The translations under genes were made by a program, and so were the position numbers. The notes under the pieces are model-generated. The model was not told where the DNA came from. It saw nothing but the letters and a program-made list of their open reading frames with translations, and made no database searches. From Octopus vulgaris (Eukaryota), in assembly GCA_951406725.2 (NCBI GenBank), contig OX597815.1:41664001-41728000 (forward strand): 64,000 bases of DNA, in the 5' to 3' direction. Numbering within the stretch: the first letter of the stretch is position 1; each line of letters opens with the position of its first letter. Positions 13,357 to 25,903 of the stretch are shown piece by piece.

Positions 13357-13875
13357 TATATAGTTATCATCATCATCATTTAACATATGATGATGATATG
13401 TAGCTATATATGTATCATCATATATATATATATGCTAGCATGGAGAACGGACGTTAAACGACGATGATGATGATGATGATATATATGGTTAGATATATAT
13501 AGTTAGATATTTTTCTCGTACCATTACCAGCCAACAGTGGGAAAATATTTTAGTAAATCCAATTTATAATGTATGCAAATCAACACTGGAACTTCTCGTT
13601 GCTAAAGTCTCTAGAATTAGCATCAAAATTTTCTGAAGACCCTTCCCTACCATCTTGGCACAGGGAGAAGCACATTGGTTCACACAGTATTTGAAAGAAA
13701 GAAAACCAAGATGGGATGGTCACACCTAAAATTCCTTTTGATCATATATCTACTGAAGAACCATATACTCCTCTATCATTCTAAGAACTATTTCTTCTGC
13801 TGTTTTCTATTGAGGATATCTATTAACATTTAAATTAACAAATCCTTCTCATTCATACAAAGTCATTCATTTTGT

Positions 13876-14105
13876 TTAACCCTTTCGTTACTGTATTTAT
13901 TTTGAGATAGTCTTTGATTCTTTCAATTAATTTTAAATATAACAAAGAATTTAGTAAAATAACTCAGTTATCATTAAGCTAGTGTTAGGAACATAAATTA
14001 TGACTAAGGTTTAGTGGAAGATTTTAATTCAAAATTTAGGAAAACAAGACATTTGTACTACAGAGCCAGAGGCGGTTTCAGCTGGGTTGGTATCTAAAGG
14101 GTTAA
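13876..14105. mobile_element. piggyBac-type MITE, family 2 (degenerate relatives at ~320-582 and 1085-1826)
   Basis: TTAA|cccttt...aaaggg|TTAA termini. Confidence 0.7.
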
Positions 14106-14726
14106 GTTTAGAATGACATTAAAGCAATGGATGCTAATGAAAGGTATATAAAAAGGAATATCAAGATTATTAGACTTTTAAGATATTTAATTATATTATA
14201 TTTCATCTGTGATTGATGGTCTCATTAGAGTTTTATATTTCCTATTGACTATAGAATTATTGTTAGTTTGAATGTTCGGGGGTTTTTTCCCACTTGCTCT
14301 TTCATTTGTTTCTGTTTATTTCTATCTCAATAACTTTGTAAGTATTACTTGCAGAAGTACAGATTCGAAAATGTATTCTGTTTGCTATTCTCCTTTGTAG
14401 AGAAACCTGTGCTGAACTATCAAATATCACTTACTTCCTACCTAGATAGATTCAAGAATATCAAATGGTTGAAGTTAAAGGATTGTAAAGGTTATTCTGG
14501 CTTGCTTTAATGTAAACCATATTTTTAGTTTGTTTTTTCTTTCCCCACTGGCTTTCCTCAATAATTTTTATTTCATTTCATTCTCTTGATATAGCTTCAG
14601 TTTCCATTTGTAGTTAAACATTAGACTTAGTAGTTGAAGATAAATTGTTAGTTTTGATCTTTTTTCAGCAAGCTGCTTTAGCTTGGTTCTCTTCAATTGA
14701 TGTTTGTGTACATGTGTCTGTGTATG

Positions 14727-14971
14727 TTATGCACAACAAAAGCAGTATTAGATTAAAATAGCCTTCTGTATATCATACTTAAGGCAAATACATCAAAAAA
14801 AAAAACAAGAAATATTTCTTCTGGATATACTGTGTTAAATAACACAAAAATATATCAGCAGCAGATATCCACCATCATCCACCATCAGTGGTGAGTGTTC
14901 AATGCACATTTCTACCAAGTGATGATACACAGATAACTATTTTAATCTAATACTGCTTCTGTTGCACATAA
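14727..14971. mobile_element. MITE with ~35-55-bp TIRs
   Basis: ttatgcacaacaaaagcagtattagattaaaatag vs ctattttaatctaatactgcttctgttgcacataa. Confidence 0.65.
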
Positions 14972-16329
14972 ACTTTTATTCAGATAGGCAGCTAATTGCA
15001 ACATCAGTGCAAGTTTCTTTTTTTTTCTCAATCACTGTTTTTTTTCTATCAGTGAATACGGATTTTATTTTAACATAGGGTTGCCAGTGAGTATATACTA
15101 CTGACAAACCCCAAAGTAACATAAATATGCATCTAACATTCTCTTCTCTGCTTCTGAACTATTTTCTTCTGGCATACAAGTTGATGTAATATATAGTGTA
15201 AGCATGTAGTGAAAACGTTCAAACATCTGTACTATCTTTCAAAATCTTGTTGCGTTTCACATGGGATTCTTGGTCTTCCAAAGTGGTCTACCATCTTGGG
15301 GCTGTAAATTTTGGTCTGAAAAACTTGACTTGTATACTATATATATATATATATTTTTGTGTTATTTAATAACAGTATATCCATTAGATGTATTCCCCTG
15401 AATCTATTTGCATTAAGTACTATACAGATGTATGTGTATGTGTGTGTGCATGCATTTGAGTATATACACATATGCACCTATACATATTTTTTTTTTTAAA
15501 TACTGTATCTTTAAACTTACATTTTTGCTAATTGCCAGTCACCACACTGATAATAGCTTTCTGACATAAAGAAAAGGCTAGAAATTTGTGAGGTGAGAAG
15601 TTAGTTGATTATTTTGACCCTCAACGGTTGACTGCTATTTTATTCTATTCTCCCCAGAAGATTGAAATATAAAGCTGAATTTTGCGGGATTTGAACCCAG
15701 AATGTTAAGAACTGGAATAAGTACCACAAGGTATTCTCTCCAGTACTACAGATACTGCCAATACACCACCCTAATAATAAAAATAATAATCTTTTCTACT
15801 ATAGACACAAGGCCTGAAATCTAGGGGGAAGGGACTAATCGATTACATTAACCCCCAGTGTACAACTGGTACTTATTTCTTGAACTCCAAAAGGATGAAA
15901 GGCAAAGTTAACCTCAGAAGCATTTGAACCTCAGAATGGAAAGATGCTAACAATTTTACCAGCTCGAATGACCACATAGAGGTTCCCTCATTGATTCATG
16001 AAATAGTTGCATATATTATTAATGGGTTAAGGTTAAAGTTGGTTGAATTGATTTTGCAATATTTCCAGTATTTATTTTAATTTCTTAACCACGAGAGAAA
16101 CCACTGATAAGACTTGATTCAGGACATAAAAGAAACTAAATATTACAAAACACTCTACCAGTTTTGTCATCTCCCACCAACTGTAACTAGTTATCCATCT
16201 TCTCTGTGAATTATTCTTGGAAGAAGTCATGGCACCTCCTCTGTAGGATCCTATCTGAAGCCACCATCATTAGTCTCTCTGGCTGGATTATCAAGCATGA
16301 CCAACTGAGACTATGGCTATTATCCAATC

Positions 16330-16650
16330 ATCTTCTTCTAGGTCTCCATCAGTTATGACGATGTGGGTTCCAGTTGATCCGATCAATGGAACAGCCTGCT
16401 AGGGAAATTAATGTGCAAGTGGCTGAGCACTCCACAGACATATGTATCCTTAATGTAGTTCTCAGAGAGATTCAGCGTGACACATAAAGTGACAAGGCTG
16501 GCCCTTTGAAATACAGGTACTACTTATTTTTGCCAGCTGAGTGGACTAGAGCAACATGAAATAAAGCATCTTGCTCAAGGACACATGTTGCCAGGAACTG
16601 AACCAAATTCATAAGCCAAATACCCTAACCACTAAGCCACACACCTTCAC
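16330..16650 (-). mobile_element. SINE family D (other copies ~60680-60940 on -, 61970-62270 on +; tandem heads at ~1225-1500)
   Basis: Shared gtgcaagtggctgagcactccacagaca core and tRNA-like head. Confidence 0.7.
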
Positions 16651-16989
16651 TGTTCTTGATCTGTTCTTAGGTAAACCTGCTGGTTGGATCAGCTTGAAGA
16701 ATCCTTCAATTCTTTCCTGTGATTTCTCAATGCAGCGAAATAGCAGCATGACCTGGAGAAACAGCCTAATCTCTGAAGTACACACCCTGTTGAGTAATGT
16801 TTCTCCAGAGATCCTTCAGCACCAGTTGAAATGATAAGGAAAGTTTATTTTTGGCATATGATCACGAAGGGTTAAAGTGAATTGTATGTATGTTACATCA
16901 CTGCTGCTGTTTGATCAAACACTGCCTCAGGGTTAATTAAAATGCAAACACTGTACCATTTCTGTTACTCACTACCCTAATAACTAATT

Positions 16990-17316
16990 GTTTTATTCTT
17001 TTACTTGTTTCAGTAATTTGACTGCAGCCATACTGGAACACTGTCTTAAAGGGTTTTTAGTTGAAGAAATCGCCCCCCCCCAGGACTTATTCATTGTAAG
17101 CCTAGTACTTGTCAAGTTATGTCAAGTGATGCGTGGTGGGGAGGGAAAACACACATACACATACACAAACATATTTGTGTGCATATATATATATATATAA
17201 AACATGCTTCTGTCTACTGAATTCACTCACAAAGCATTGGTCGGCCCGAAGCTATAGTAAAAGACACTTGCCCAAAGTCTCATGCAGTGAAATTGAGCCA
17301 GGAACCATGAGATGGG
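16990..17316 (-). mobile_element. SINE family A (degenerate)
   Basis: Homology to other copies. Confidence 0.75.
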
Positions 17317-17652
17317 GTTAATTATATCAACCTCAAAATAAGACTAGAACTGTATCTTATCAACCCCAGAGGAAGAAAAAGGTAAAGTTGACTGTGGCAA
17401 GATTTGAACTCAGACTATAAAGAGCTATGAGCAATAACCACAAGATATTTTGGCTTATGCTCAAGTGATTCTGCTTTTTCACTGCACTAATATATACTGA
17501 TAAAAATTTCTAGTATAGGTGCAAGACTACGAATTTCACTGGTACATATATTTCTTAGACCACAGTAGAATTTGAAATCAGAATTTAAAGGGACATAACT
17601 AAATACTAGAAGAAATTTTTTTCCCTAGTTCTACTGATTCTGCTAATGATAA

Positions 17653-18040
17653 TACTCTTTTACTTGTTTCAGTCATGTGACTGTGGCCATGCTGGAGCAC
17701 CGCCTTTAGTCGAGCCAATCAACCCCAGGACTTATTCCTTGTAAGCCTAGTACTTATTCTATCAGTCACTTTTGCCAAACCGCTAAGTTACAGGGACGTA
17801 AACACACCAGCATCAGTTGTCAAGCGATATTGGAGGGACAAATACAGACACACAAACATATACACATACATACATATATATATACGACGGGCTTCTTTCA
17901 GTTTCCATCTACCAAATCCACTCACAAGGCTTTGGTTGGCCCGAGGCTGTAGTAGAAGACACTTACCCAAGATGCCACACAGTGGGACTGAACCCGGAAC
18001 CATGTGGTTGGTAAGCAAGGTACTTACCACACCTACACCT
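17653..18040 (-). mobile_element. SINE family A
   Basis: Homology to other copies. Confidence 0.85.
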
Positions 18041-18914
18041 AATAATAATAATAATCATAATCATAAGAAGAATTCTTTCTAAATTTGGCATAAAGGCAAT
18101 CAATTTTAGTGGGAGGGATGTTAGTTGATTACAGTGACCCCAGTATTTAATTGTTTTTTTTTTGTCGGCCTCGAAAGGATGAAAGACAAAGTTGACCTTG
18201 ATAGGATTTGAGCTCAAAATGTAAAGAGCCAGAACAAATATCACAAAGCATATTTTCTAATGCTCTACTAAGTTTACCAACTAGCTGCCATAATAATAAT
18301 AATAACACTTTCTACTATAGGCACAAGGCCAGCAATTTTGAGAGCAGGGAGTAAGTCAACACCATCATTCCCAGTTCTAGACTGAAACTAGTTTATTAAA
18401 CCTGAAAGGATAAAATGCAAAGTTGACGTCAGTGGGATTTGAACTCGGTATGTAAAGATCCAAAAGAAATACTGTAAGATATTTTTTTCAGCATTCTAAT
18501 GTTTCTAACAACCCACTGTCCTAATGATTATAATAATGGTTTCTAATTTAAGTAAATGGTCAGCCATTTTGAGGGGTTGGGGTTAATCATTTCCATCAAA
18601 TCCAAAACTTGGCTGGTGGTATGTACTTTATTCAATCTGGAAAGACAAAAGATAAAGTTGGCTTCAGCTGGATTTGAACTCATAATGTAAAGAGTAGGAA
18701 CAAATAAATACCACACTACCTAATAATAATGAGGATTTCTTAAACTGAGCACAAATACATAAATTAGTAATTTGATTGAATTGATCCCTTCTCTGGTATG
18801 ATTTCGATCTGGAACATGAAGAGGAAATACTACAAGGAATTTCCATTACTCCAATGCCTGTATAATTTCTATATATGCTTCATAAATTAGCACAAACCTG
18901 TGGAAAATATGGAG

Positions 18915-19234
18915 TTTATTCTTTAATTGTTTCAGTCATTTGACTGTGGCCATGCTGGAGCACTGCCTTTAGTCAAGCAAATTGCCCCCAGGACTTATTC
19001 TTTGTAAGCCTAGTACTTATTCTATCGGTCTCTTTTTGCCGAACCGCTAAGTTACGGGGACGTAAATACACCAGCATCGGTTGTCAAGCGATGTTGGGGG
19101 TACAAACATATATACGACAGGCTTCTTTCAGTTTCCATCTGCCAAATCCTATCACAAGGCTTTGGTCAGAAGACTGAACCCCGGAACCATGTGGTTCCTA
19201 AGCAAGTTATTTACCACGCAGCCACTCCTACGCC
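18915..19234 (-). mobile_element. SINE family A (internal deletion)
   Basis: Homology to other copies. Confidence 0.8.
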
Positions 19235-19569
19235 TTTGTTGACAGCTGTTATTTTTTTACAAAGTTACATTTATTATTGCAAATTTTTCATGAATATTTA
19301 AAAACTAGACTACTCATTGGGTCACTGACAGCTCAGGTTATAAATCATTGAAGCTGATTTCAACATTGCATTGAAAGGAAAGTTAATTTTATGATGATTC
19401 AGTTAAATATTCCCACATAGGTCTGGTTTACAAGGTTCATGTTTAAGGTTTTATTGATTATTTACAGCATCTAATAGAATTAGAACTTCTAAGATAAACT
19501 TGAACTCCAGTAACAGCATTTATTTATGGCACATGTGCACACTTCTACAAAAATGCAAAAGGAATTGTT

Positions 19570-19876
19570 ATATAACGTAAGCATAAAATTAATGAAAACA
19601 ATTTTAGACAGTATCATGTGTTCCCATTTCAGAGTTATGTTACTTTCAGAGTATATTCCCATTATGCGCCATTTTGGCTATTTATGAAGGTACCCCAAAA
19701 AACTGCGTATCTCGGGAATCCATGGTCTGATTTACATGAAATTTCTTTTTTTCCATTTGTATTCACATTTCAGAGGTACCTTACTTTCGGAATATTTTCC
19801 CCATTATGTGGTGGTTTCGCTGTATTAAAGTACAGACAAGCAAGCAAGCAATCACAAAGTTTTAGGAGTATAGAGA
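19570..19876 (-). mobile_element. Helitron/Helentron-like non-autonomous element (DINE/HINE-like)
   Basis: On -: a|TCtctatact..., then a (TTGC)n/gtct microsatellite and an internally duplicated block (catttcagag..ttactttc..cccattatg twice). Confidence 0.45.
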
Positions 19877-20580
19877 TTTGAAAATAAATACCATATTTTC
19901 AATCATACTAGTCAATGTAGTATATATAGTGTAAACATTTAAACATCGTCACTACCTTTCCAAATCTTGCTGTATTTCACATTGGATCTTTGGTTCTTCC
20001 ACAGTTAATCTATCTTTTTTGGTTGCAAATTTTGGTCTGCAACATTCAACTTGTATGCTGAAAAACATTGATTTTATAATGTTTGTTACTTGGATCAATT
20101 GTTACTCCACATTCTGTAGTTGTTTCAAGGGTTACAGATGGTTTGGGAAGAGCAGCAATAACTTCTAATGGTTATTGTAACCTTCTTTCCAGTGACTCTA
20201 GACATACAATGGCAATTTTAGAGATATAACAGAAAATTAATTCAGAGATATAAGAATTGTGAAGATGGGTCTGTGCATGATAACACAAATAAGATGAGAA
20301 AAATAAACAAATGAGATATATATAGATGTACTATAAATAGTAGTACTATAGGAAAGGAGTCATCTGATGAAAGAAACAAATCCAATTTTATTAATTTTGT
20401 AGATAGCTAAGTTACAAAAATATATACTTTATATATCAAAAATAAAAGCCTGAACAAATTTACTGTGATATAATCTACTCATGAGATTAGAAAATATTTT
20501 CAAATTCGTCTTGTTTCGAATTTTCAACATCTGTTTTTAAGTCTCTCATTGTAGTTATCAATTAATCATATTTAGCTTAG

Positions 20581-20632
<52 letters not shown>

Positions 20633-20905
20633 TACATGCCACTCTGCAATTTCTCATTTGTTTGAAGTTATCTTGAATCTATAAGTAAGCAGAAACTTGG
20701 TTTTATTTTTATTGTTATTTTACCAATCTTCATTTATTTTTGTTTCACTGTTCTTTAGCTATCCTAATGAGAAATATTTTCAAAATTATTATCATCAATT
20801 TTTTAGAAGTTTTATTGATAATGCTGTCAGACTTATTTTATTTACAAGCAAATGAATTCTTATTTAAACTCTACAAAATTCTGTGTACATCTTCTTTGAC
20901 ACCTG

Positions 20906-20906
<1 letters not shown>

Positions 20907-20958
<52 letters not shown>
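20907..20958. repeat. (CT)n microsatellite, one of dozens of (TA)n/(CA)n/(GA)n/(AAT)n/(GAT)n tracts
   Basis: Direct reading. Confidence 0.95.
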
Positions 20959-20964
<6 letters not shown>

Positions 20965-21896
20965 ATTGTTTTCTTCATCATTGTTTTAGCATTCACTTTT
21001 CAATTCTTGCACAAATCAGAGTTTATTGAGACTGATTTTTACTACAATCACCTGTTTCCAAACAAGGTAATATTTTCCCATAACTGTAGTTTTGCAGAAT
21101 GGACTGATACTCATTTAGAATTAGAATTCGATATCAAAACAAGGAGACACAAACAAACACACACACTTGGGCACATGCAAATATATACAATCGGCTACTT
21201 TCAGTTTCTCTCTACCAAATCTACTCAAGATTTTTGTTGTTCTGAAGGCTGTAGTAGAAGGCACTTACCCAAGATGCCACACAGTGAACCCAAAAACCAT
21301 GTGATTGAGAAACAAATTTCATACCACACAGCCAGATTTGTACCTAATCTTTACAGAAAAAAATAAAACATTCAGAATAAACAGAGATTAGAGATTACAA
21401 GTAATATATTTTCACAACACCTTGACACAAGCCACAAAAAATTCCATATTGTTAGGCTATTTCCAAATTTTCTTCTCTTTCCTATTATTAATTCATATCA
21501 AAATATATGAATTACCACATTAATTCTTGCAGACAGATTTTCTACATCACTCTAAAGACTTACAAAAATATATATTTTAGGGAAATATTCAATACTAAAC
21601 TATCATGTTTAGGTGGTTGGTGGTATTTGTTACTAAGCATTTATTTTCAGGGATGGTTTATTTTAAATCCCTTTTGGATACTATCACTGTATATATAATT
21701 TTCTTTCTCTCCCTTCTTCTTCCATTGAACTATGGTTAATGACAAGAGGAACACCCCCACAGGAAGTACACTTTATGTTTTGTAAACTGTCAGTCAGGAA
21801 AATGTTTGAGCATTATTGTACTGGAATAGGAAGGAAGAAGACAAGTGATGAGGAAGTGGGAGTAAGTAGAGACAAGTCAGCATTTTGAGATAGACT

Positions 21897-21932
<36 letters not shown>

Positions 21933-22191
21933 TCTATCAGCCTCCACCAATTCCAGACTTTTTTTTTTCTTCACTTCCAGATTTTGGTATTTTTGTTGCC
22001 TTTTCACATATCTGATTAAATGCATTTAATAACAACTATACATATATTTAGTCTGTTGTTTCTGAATTTTGCTTAGGTTAATTTAAACTCTCTCTCTTTT
22101 TTGTTCTTACTGGCAGCTATTTTTGGCTGAGTATCAATTAAATACAACTAAAATTTAAGAAATAGATTTTACGCTTTTATACTCTCATTTT

Positions 22192-22389
22192 GCTCTTTAC
22201 TCTTTTACTTGTTTCAGTCATTTGACTGTGGCCATGCTGGAGCACCGCCTTTAGTCGAGCAAATCGACCCCAGGACTTATTCTTTGTAAGCCTAGTACTT
22301 ATTCTATCGGTCTCTTTTGCCGAACCACTAAGTCACAGGGATGTAAACTCACCAGCATTGGTCAAGCGATGCTGAGGGGACAAACACAG

Positions 22390-22446
<57 letters not shown>

Positions 22447-22621
22447 TATACATATATACGATGGACCTCTTTCAGTTTCCGTCTACCAAATCCACTCACA
22501 AGGCTTTGGTTGGCCCGAGACTATAGTAGAAGACACTTGCCCAAGGTGCCACGCAGTGGAATTGAACCCGGGACCATGTGGTTCGTAAGGAACTACTTAC
22601 CACACAGCCACTCCTATGCCT
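22192..22621 (-). mobile_element. SINE family A
   Basis: Homology to other copies. Confidence 0.85.
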
Positions 22622-22934
22622 ATTCCAAGTACTCTTAGATGAAACTAAGAAACTCTTACCCACAATGAAAATAGACCAATTATTGAATGAATACATATGA
22701 AAATATCTTATAAAAATCAAGAAGGTGTTTGAAAAACTGACTTGATGCCAAAATGTATTCTGTGCTAAGTTAGTTTGATATCATATTGCTGATCCACTTT
22801 CTTATAAGGAATAATCTTTCTTCCTAGCAATATTTACTTACCAAAATGAAAGTAATTGATCTTCTTGCATAACAGTAACAAATTTTGCATTTGAATCTGC
22901 TGATACATATTAAGAATAAATATTCTTTTCTTTT

Positions 22935-23141
22935 CTTTTATTCTTTTACTTGTTTCAGTCATTTGACTGTGGCCATGCTGGAGCACCACCTTTAGTCGAG
23001 CAAATCGACCCCAGGACTTATTCTTTGTAAGCCTAGTACTTATTCTATTGGTCTCTTTTGCCGAACTGCTACGTTACGGGGACGTAAACAAACCAGCATC
23101 GGTTGTCAAGCGATGTTGGGGGGACAAACACAGACACACAA

Positions 23142-23193
<52 letters not shown>

Positions 23194-23356
23194 TCAATGG
23201 GTTTCTTTCAGTTTCCATCTACCAAATCCACTCACAAGGCTTTGGTTGGCCCAAGGCTATAGTAGAAGACACTAACCCAAGGTGCCATGCAGTGGGACTG
23301 AACCCGGAACCGTGTGGTTCGTAAGCAAGCTACTTACCTCACAGCCACTCCTACGC
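22935..23356 (-). mobile_element. SINE family A
   Basis: Homology to other copies. Confidence 0.85.
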
Positions 23357-23719
23357 AATTTATAATTCCAGATCATGCAGTAGACAGTGCAAATAATGAC
23401 TTTTTTATTTTCATATGTATTGCATTCCATCAAGAACCATGAAGGGTCTGATAATCATGCATCATATCTTTGCATATTAACAGCTTTACTCGTGGATCTT
23501 GAGGTACCTGCTTTTTATTGGAAATGTGTTTCTTAGGTTCTCCTTAACATCATGAAATTATGAAATTTTTGATTCATAAAATATAATATATATATATTTA
23601 ACTTTTTTACGTTATTCTGGTACGTAAAAACATGGTGAATCATAAATTATTCTCTTAAGATGTCAAATCAGCAAGTACTTGATTATTATACCAATTTTTT
23701 TTCTTTTAGCTGCTTTTGC

Positions 23720-24110
23720 AGATTCCCATGTCTTTCTGTCGCCATCCAATTCCATTATTAGGAATTTGAATTGGGAGCTTGAGTCATAGGGAATCTTTCA
23801 TTAGCTGATTACACAATCATGGACACCACTTCTATGGATGCATTGTAGTTACTCCTTTGATAGAGCTTGGTGATCCTAACTGTTGATCTAGGATTTGTCT
23901 GCTCAGTATCAGTGTAAGAAGCACTGTTGGCTCAGTTGAGATCTTTCGCTATCTCTTCACAATCCGCCATGCTGCAGTCACATGCATGACTTTGTTGTAT
24001 CCCTAGTAGGATGGCTGAACAGGTTTTATACCTTGCAAAAGGGCAGCCCATAACTATGCAGGGCATAGTTGTCACTCCATGAGGTATTTTCAAAATACCC
24101 ACATTCCATA
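23720..24110 (-). mobile_element. Probable highly decayed RTE-LINE 3' ORF fragment
   Basis: Frame-hopping resemblance to an RTE C-terminus (AALLQG; P*LCNQLMKDSL; DGDRKTW). Confidence 0.35.
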
Positions 24111-25489
24111 CTGAAAAATAAATATTAATATCATTATAAATTCATTGAAGGGTGGTGGGCTGGCGGATTCATTATTATGCTGGAAAAAATGCTAAGCAGT
24201 GTTTTGTCCATTTTTATATTCTGAGTTCAAATTCCAAAGAGGTTTGTTTTGCTTTTCATCCCTTTGGAGTCAATAAAACAAATACCTGTTGAGTACTGAG
24301 GTCAATATAATCAATTGCACCCCTGCCTGAAATTTCAGTCCTTCTACCTGAGTAGAAACGATTATAGATCAATTGTTGTTATAATGAGCATTTAGCTGTA
24401 ATTTTCTATTTTGAAACCTTGAATTTTTGTTAAATTAAGATATTCATTATTTATATAACTTCAGAGGAGAAAAAAAGAAGCTTCATGGAGTGGTTACAAA
24501 ATTAGCTTATGAGGTCCAGATTTATTGTGTTTGTGATGTAACGAAAATAAAATTTGATTTAAATTAAGTTTAAGTAAATACAAATTGTAGAAAAAAATTA
24601 ATATCTAAATATTTTCCAAAAATTGTATTTACTTATGTATTTATTTAAGCTCAGATAAAACATTCTTTCCCAGATGTAGCTTATTATAACTATAATATGG
24701 TTTTAGGGTATATTGAAAAATACTTCATATTGTTGTTGTTTTTTTTTAATGTAGTAAGCACAATGTCTTTACTGAAGTCCTTCAGTCTTACTTCTGTTTG
24801 AAGACCATCTTTTAATTCCTTTTTTATTCTTAAACTAAAAACTTTCTGTATTTGTTTGCTTTCCATGGATATATTTAGAATCCTGTGACAGCTTTCAAAA
24901 GCATTTTTTCACTTGATACCTTCATATCTAAATAGCAGAATCATTTTTAATGATTATAGTTAGTACACTATGTAAGATTAAGGAAAGAAAATGTCTGGCT
25001 ACAATATAGAAATGATTAATTAATTTTTTTAAAAATCATGTTAATGAATTTGAAATTCAGTCTTTTAAAAAGATGAATCTTATAGAATATCTATATTTAC
25101 AAATGAAATACAATAAAACTTTGATTTAGCAAATTGTGATTTAATGAGTTTTAGATTTAATGGACTGAATAATAACAATAATAATAATCCTTTCTATGAA
25201 AGACACAAGGCCTGAAATTTTGGAGGAGGTGTTTCACTGGTACTTAATTCATTGACCCCCAAAAGGATGAAAGGCAAGGTCGACCTTGGCAGAATGTGAA
25301 CTCAGAACGTAAAAACGGATGAAATGCTGCTAAGCATTTTGCCCAGTGTGCTAACGATTCTGCCAGCTTGTCACCACAGTAATAACAATAATAATAATAC
25401 TGTACTTACATGGTAAAATATTTGTCAACAAAGGAAGTCAACATTTATTTTATTACAATTTAATAATGTTTATAGTGTGCACTAGCATC

Positions 25490-25903
25490 TTTTTTTTTAC
25501 TTGTTTTAGTCATTTGACTGTGGCCATACTGGAGCACTGCCTTAAAGGGGCTTTAGTCGAAGAAATCAACGCCTGGACTTATTCTTTGTAAGCCTAGTAC
25601 TTATTGTAATGGTCTCTTTTGCCAAACGGTTATGTTACAGGGACATAAACACACCACCATTGGTTGTAAAGTGATGGCGGAGGTGGGTGGGTGTGGGACA
25701 AACACAAACACACACATAAATATATACATATATATATATCTAACAGGCTTCTTTCAGTTTCTGTCTACGAAATGTACTCACAAGGCTTTGGTCAGCTTGA
25801 GACTATAGTAGAAGACACTTGGTGAAAATGTTATGCAGTGGGACTGAACTTGGAACCATGTGGTTGGGAAGCAAGCTTCATACCACACAGCCATGCCTGC
25901 ACC
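25490..25903 (-). mobile_element. SINE family A
   Basis: Homology to other copies. Confidence 0.8.

Noticed and set aside
20364-20390. CTGATGA core-like word
   Set aside because: No stem II or correctly placed GAAA/UH.
20740-21366. 208-aa ORF
   Set aside because: Non-ATG start; runs through a (CT)n tract and a SINE remnant; no protein-like features.
23810-24110. Minus-strand frame after a ttttcag acceptor with one in-frame TGA (23932-34), suggesting a selenoprotein (SELENOS neighbours CHSY1 in vertebrates)
   Set aside because: No similarity to SELENOS or other selenoproteins and no SECIS seen; better explained as a decayed RTE fragment.
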